The notes under the pieces are model-generated. The model was not told where the DNA came from and did not search any database. It was given only the letters and a program-made list of their open reading frames with translations. The position numbers and the translations under genes are program-made. Below are positions 31,881 to 35,666 of a stretch of DNA of 35,666 nt, one piece after another. Numbering within the stretch: the stretch's first letter is position 1; the number at the start of each line of letters is the position of its first letter. The stretch covers positions 94,627,053-94,662,718 of the forward strand of contig NC_068984.1 of the NCBI RefSeq assembly GCF_001194135.2, in the 5' to 3' direction. Source of the stretch: Octopus bimaculoides (taxonomy: Eukaryota).

Positions 31881-31964
31881 TACTAGATGATCAGAGGTGT
31901 GAGGTTGTCTGTCATACTGTCATACTAGAGGATCAGAGGTGTGAGGTTGTCTATCATACTGTCA
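31881..31964. repeat. 42-bp tandem duplication
   Basis: tactagatgatcagaggtgtgaggttgtctgtcatactgtca repeated with 2 substitutions. Confidence 0.9.
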
Positions 31965-33394
31965 TTTATGAAAATTGTGTATGGAATGAAAGTGGTGCAC
32001 TCATTATTAGTAAGACATGCTGAGAAATAATTCTTACTTCATGGAAATGAAAGGTTATCAAATGTAGAAATGTATAGAAGTGAAAAGGAGTGACAATGAC
32101 AAAGAAATAGAAAGAGAGAGACTACTCTGTGTAGACACAACAGAAGGGCCAACTATACATTTGAAAGAGATATTAAAGATATGATGGTGGGTGAAGCAGC
32201 AGGACTATCAGGGCGATCAAATGTTAAGTCGGTTTGATTGATTTACTGTTGAACTCTGTATTCTGTTATGCCATATTTGTTTAGTATACTGTGTGTGCAT
32301 GTGTGTATAAACAGAAATGCAATGTTTGAATAGGAGTTGAAACTATCAGATGAAGTATGGTAGTCAATCAAGTAGTACAGTGTGGTGTTATCACCAAGGA
32401 ATGGCATTGTCACCTGCTTCAAAAGCAGAGAGGATTGCTCTAGAAATTAGCAACTACATGAGCATCAGATGGCATGAAAGTAGCAGGAGTTATGGTGCTA
32501 TTAATCATCATCATCATCATCATATTAGATCTAGCAAAGAGCTCTGTGAGGAATTTAGTATGTAAGTAGGAGTTCATTAGGGCTCATTTTTAATACTCTT
32601 CTTATATATTATAGAAATGTTCAAGACATTCTGTGTGGAAACTTCTGTATATAGTTATGATGTAGTTCTATAATTGACTCAGTCAAGCAATTAGAGGAAA
32701 AGTTCCAAATGTGAGAGCTGGATAAGTCTGAGTCAGCCAAAAGTAAACCTCCAGATCTCTTCTGCTAGCTGAGGATGGCTGTGCTTGATATAGAGAAATG
32801 ATGTAGTTAGGAACTTCATTCTGTGTGCCCAACGTAAACCATGAGCATGAATGGACTGGAAGAAAACAATGGGACTACTGCATTGGTACTGACATTTGAG
32901 TGAAGAAGTTCCAAGCATTCTAAATAGAATGATCCTGAAAAGAATTACACTAAAGTTGTGTAGAAAGAGTAGTGAGGTCTACTCTGAGGAGATGGTGACT
33001 TGCAGCATGTGATGGGTTACTGTGCTGGAAATGGTTCAACCATGCCAACATGGAAAATGGATGTAAAGGACAATGATAATGGTTATCATCATCATTGTCC
33101 TTGTTATTGATGGAATGTTAGGAACTAAAGTCATTTCAGTATCCTGAGTTCAGTTTCAGCAGAGTTGAATTATCCTTTCATCTCACTCTGATTAATAGAA
33201 TAAATAACTGAATTTGATTCAGTTAGCTAGTTATGATATGTGTGCATTGAGCCCTTGAAATAGATCATAAATTTATTATTTTAGTTTCCCCGAAATATCT
33301 TTTGCTTTGAAATATTTGATAATCATTTTTCACATAATAATATAGAGAGGTATGTGGATAAAATATTTCCTTTACAGCCACATAGTTCTAATTT

Positions 33395-33505
33395 GATCAC
33401 GGTATGCGGTACCTTGACTTAGTGCCTTCTACTATAGCTTTGGGTTGACCAATACTTTGTGAGTGGAATTCAGTAGATGGAAACTGTGGAAGCCTGTCAT
33501 GTGAA
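33395..33505 (+). mobile_element. 5'-truncated tRNA-SINE body leading into a microsatellite
   Basis: ggtaccttgacttagtgccttctactatagctttgggttgacc...gtagatggaaactg, homologous to 15715-15790. Confidence 0.7.
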
Positions 33506-33527
33506 TGTGTGTGTGTGTGTGTGTATG

Positions 33528-33568
<41 letters not shown>

Positions 33569-34670
33569 GTGTGTGTGTGTGTGTATGTATATATATGTGT
33601 GTGTGTGTGTATGTATATATATATATATGTGTGTGTATGTATATATGTGTGTGTGTATGTATATATATGTGTGTGTGTATATATATGTGTGTGTGTGTAT
33701 ATATATGTGTGTGTGTATATATATGTGTGTGTATATATATGTGTGTGTGTGTATATATATATATGTGTGTGTGTGTACATATATATGTGTGTGTATATAT
33801 ATATATGTGTGTATGTGTATATATATATGTGTGTGTGTGTATATNNNNNNNNNNNNNNNNNNNNNNNNNNNNNNNNNNNNNNNNNNNNNNNNNNNNNNNN
33901 NNNNNNNNNNNNNNNNNNNNNNNNNNNNNNNNNNNNNNNNNNNNNNNNNNNNNNNNNNNNNNNNNNNNNNNNNNNNNNNNNNNNNNNNNNNNNNNNNNNN
34001 NNNNNNNNNNNNNNNNNNNNNNNNNNNNNNNNNNNNNNNNNNNNNNNNNNNNNNNNNNNNNNNNNNNNNNNNNNNNNNNNNNNNNNNNNNNNNNNNNNNN
34101 NNNNNNNNNNNNNNNNNNNNNNNNNNNNNNNNNNNNNNNNNNNNNNNNNNNNNNNNNNNNNNNNNNNNNNNNNNNNNNNNNNNNNNNNNNNNNNNNNNNN
34201 NNNNNNNNNNNNNNNNNNNNNNNNNNNNNNNNNNNNNNNNNNNNNNNNNNNNNNNNNNNNNNNNNNNNNNNNNNNNNNNNNNNNNNNNNNNNNNNNNNNN
34301 NNNNNNNNNNNNNNNNNNNNNNNNNNNNNNNNNNNNNNNNNNNNNNNNNNNNNNNNNNNNNNNNNNNNNNNNNNNNNNNNNNNNNNNNNNNNNNNNNNNN
34401 NNNNNNNNNNNNNNNNNNNNNNNNNNNNNNNNNNNNNNNNNNNNNNNNNNNNNNNNNNNNNNNNNNNNNNNNNNNNNNNNNNNNNNNNNNNNNNNNNNNN
34501 NNNNNNNNNNNNNNNNNNNNNNNNNNNNNNNNNNNNNNNNNNNNNNNNNNNNNNNNNNNNNNNNNNNNNNNNNNNNNNNNNNNNNNNNNNNNNNNNNNNN
34601 NNNNNNNNNNNNNNNNNNNNNNNNNNNNNNNNNNNNNNNNNNNNNNNNNNNATATATATATATATATATA
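33506..34670. repeat. Long interspersed (TG)n/(TA)n microsatellite spanning an assembly gap
   Basis: Direct reading on both sides of gap 33845-34650. Confidence 0.95.
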
Positions 34671-34854
34671 CTGTTGTGTCTAGGGAGAGTCATTTTCTTA
34701 TTGTGCCTTAAAATTTAACACACTCACCGGTAAAATTTCCACTTATTTTTCTTTTTATTTTCCTAAAATTTTCGTTGTGTCTTGCAACCTTATCAATAGT
34801 CTTGACTCTGTCCGTTATTTATGCTGCGTTCTTTTTTGCTTTTGTTTGTTTCTG

Positions 34855-35300
34855 CGCATGTGTGTGTGTATGTATGTATGCATGTATGTGTGCATGTGTG
34901 TGTATGTATGTCTGTGTGTGCATATGTATGTATGTGTGTGTATGCGTGTATGTATGTATGTGTGTGCATTTGCATGTACGTATGTATTCTGCATATTCCT
35001 GTGTTTATGTGTTTTTTATGTATGTGTATATGTATGTACCTCTGTCTCCTTGTGTGTGCATGTCTGAGTGTGTGTGTGTGTGTGTTTTGCTGCTATGTAC
35101 CATGTTTGTATGTATGGGTGCACATCTCCATATGTGTGGACACGTGTCTTTGTGTGAAGTAAAGTGTGTGTGTATATGTGGTCATGTGTTTCAGTCTCTA
35201 TTTGCGTATGTGGCTGTCTGTTCATATACCCTATGTACCTACCCATCTGTATGTAGACCTGTTTGTTTACATATACATACATACATGCACACACACACAT
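34855..35300. repeat. Degenerate TG/TA-rich low-complexity tract
   Basis: Direct reading. Confidence 0.85.
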
Positions 35301-35345
35301 ACACCCGTGTAAAATGTGGGTATGGGAGTATGATATCTATATATA

Positions 35346-35666
35346 TTTCGAGCGGGATCGATGCCAGTGCCCCTGGACTGGCTCATGTGCGGGCGACACA
35401 TGATATCTCTCCAGCTAGATCGTTGCCAGTGCCCCTGGATTGGCTCTTGTGCGGGCGACACATGAAATTTTTCGAGCGGGATCATGGCCAGTGCCCCTGG
35501 ACTGGCTCATGTGCGGGCGACACATGAAATCTTTCGAGCGAGATCGTTGCCGGTGCCCCTGGGCTGGCTGTTGTGCGGGTGACACATGAGGTTTTTTCGA
35601 GCAAGATCGTTGCCGGTGCCCCTGGACTGGCTCATGTGCGGGCAACACATGAAATTTTTCGAGCAG
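35346..35666 (+). repeat. 62-bp satellite, at least 5 units, running off the window end
   Basis: GCC(A/G)GTGCCCCTGG anchors at 35363, 35425, 35487, 35549, 35612; monomer homologous to 2633-2692 in the RTE-tailed repeat. Confidence 0.93.

Noticed and set aside
33397-35527. Cys/Val/Tyr-rich or His/Thr-rich ORFs resembling metallothionein or keratin-associated proteins
   Set aside because: Translations of (TG)n/(TA)n microsatellite
35346-35666. CRISPR-like array
   Set aside because: No unique spacers; units are contiguous diverged tandem copies in a eukaryotic context

Overview
AT-rich, repeat-saturated animal genomic scaffold with four N-gaps (2405-2414, 10613-11401, 20246-20686, 33845-34650). 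The repeat inventory looks like an octopod cephalopod (inference from recognisable tRNA-SINE and RTE-tail families). It is mostly intron. I can thread six short + strand exons with GT-AG sites and mutually compatible phases from 3164 to 30992; they encode a Ser/Pro/acidic region reminiscent of the NEK4 kinase C-terminal tail (unconfirmed). The introns hold a near-full-length decayed Ty3/Gypsy element with two LTRs (4301-9218) inserted in an RTE LINE fragment, several decayed R4/Dong-type restriction-like-endonuclease non-LTR elements, a second truncated Gypsy nested in one of them, a mariner remnant, SINEs, RTE 3' ends and microsatellites. The most interesting object is a small Penelope-like unit, present twice, made of a tRNA-like Pol III head, a (TAA)n spacer and a minimal hammerhead ribozyme. 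Copy 1 (15938-16329) is an inverted-repeat insertion with a hammerhead on each strand and a 12-bp target duplication. Copy 2 sits inside an R4 element and has itself been hit by another R4 element at its (TAA)n tract. Boundaries of decayed elements are approximate and all translations were done by hand.
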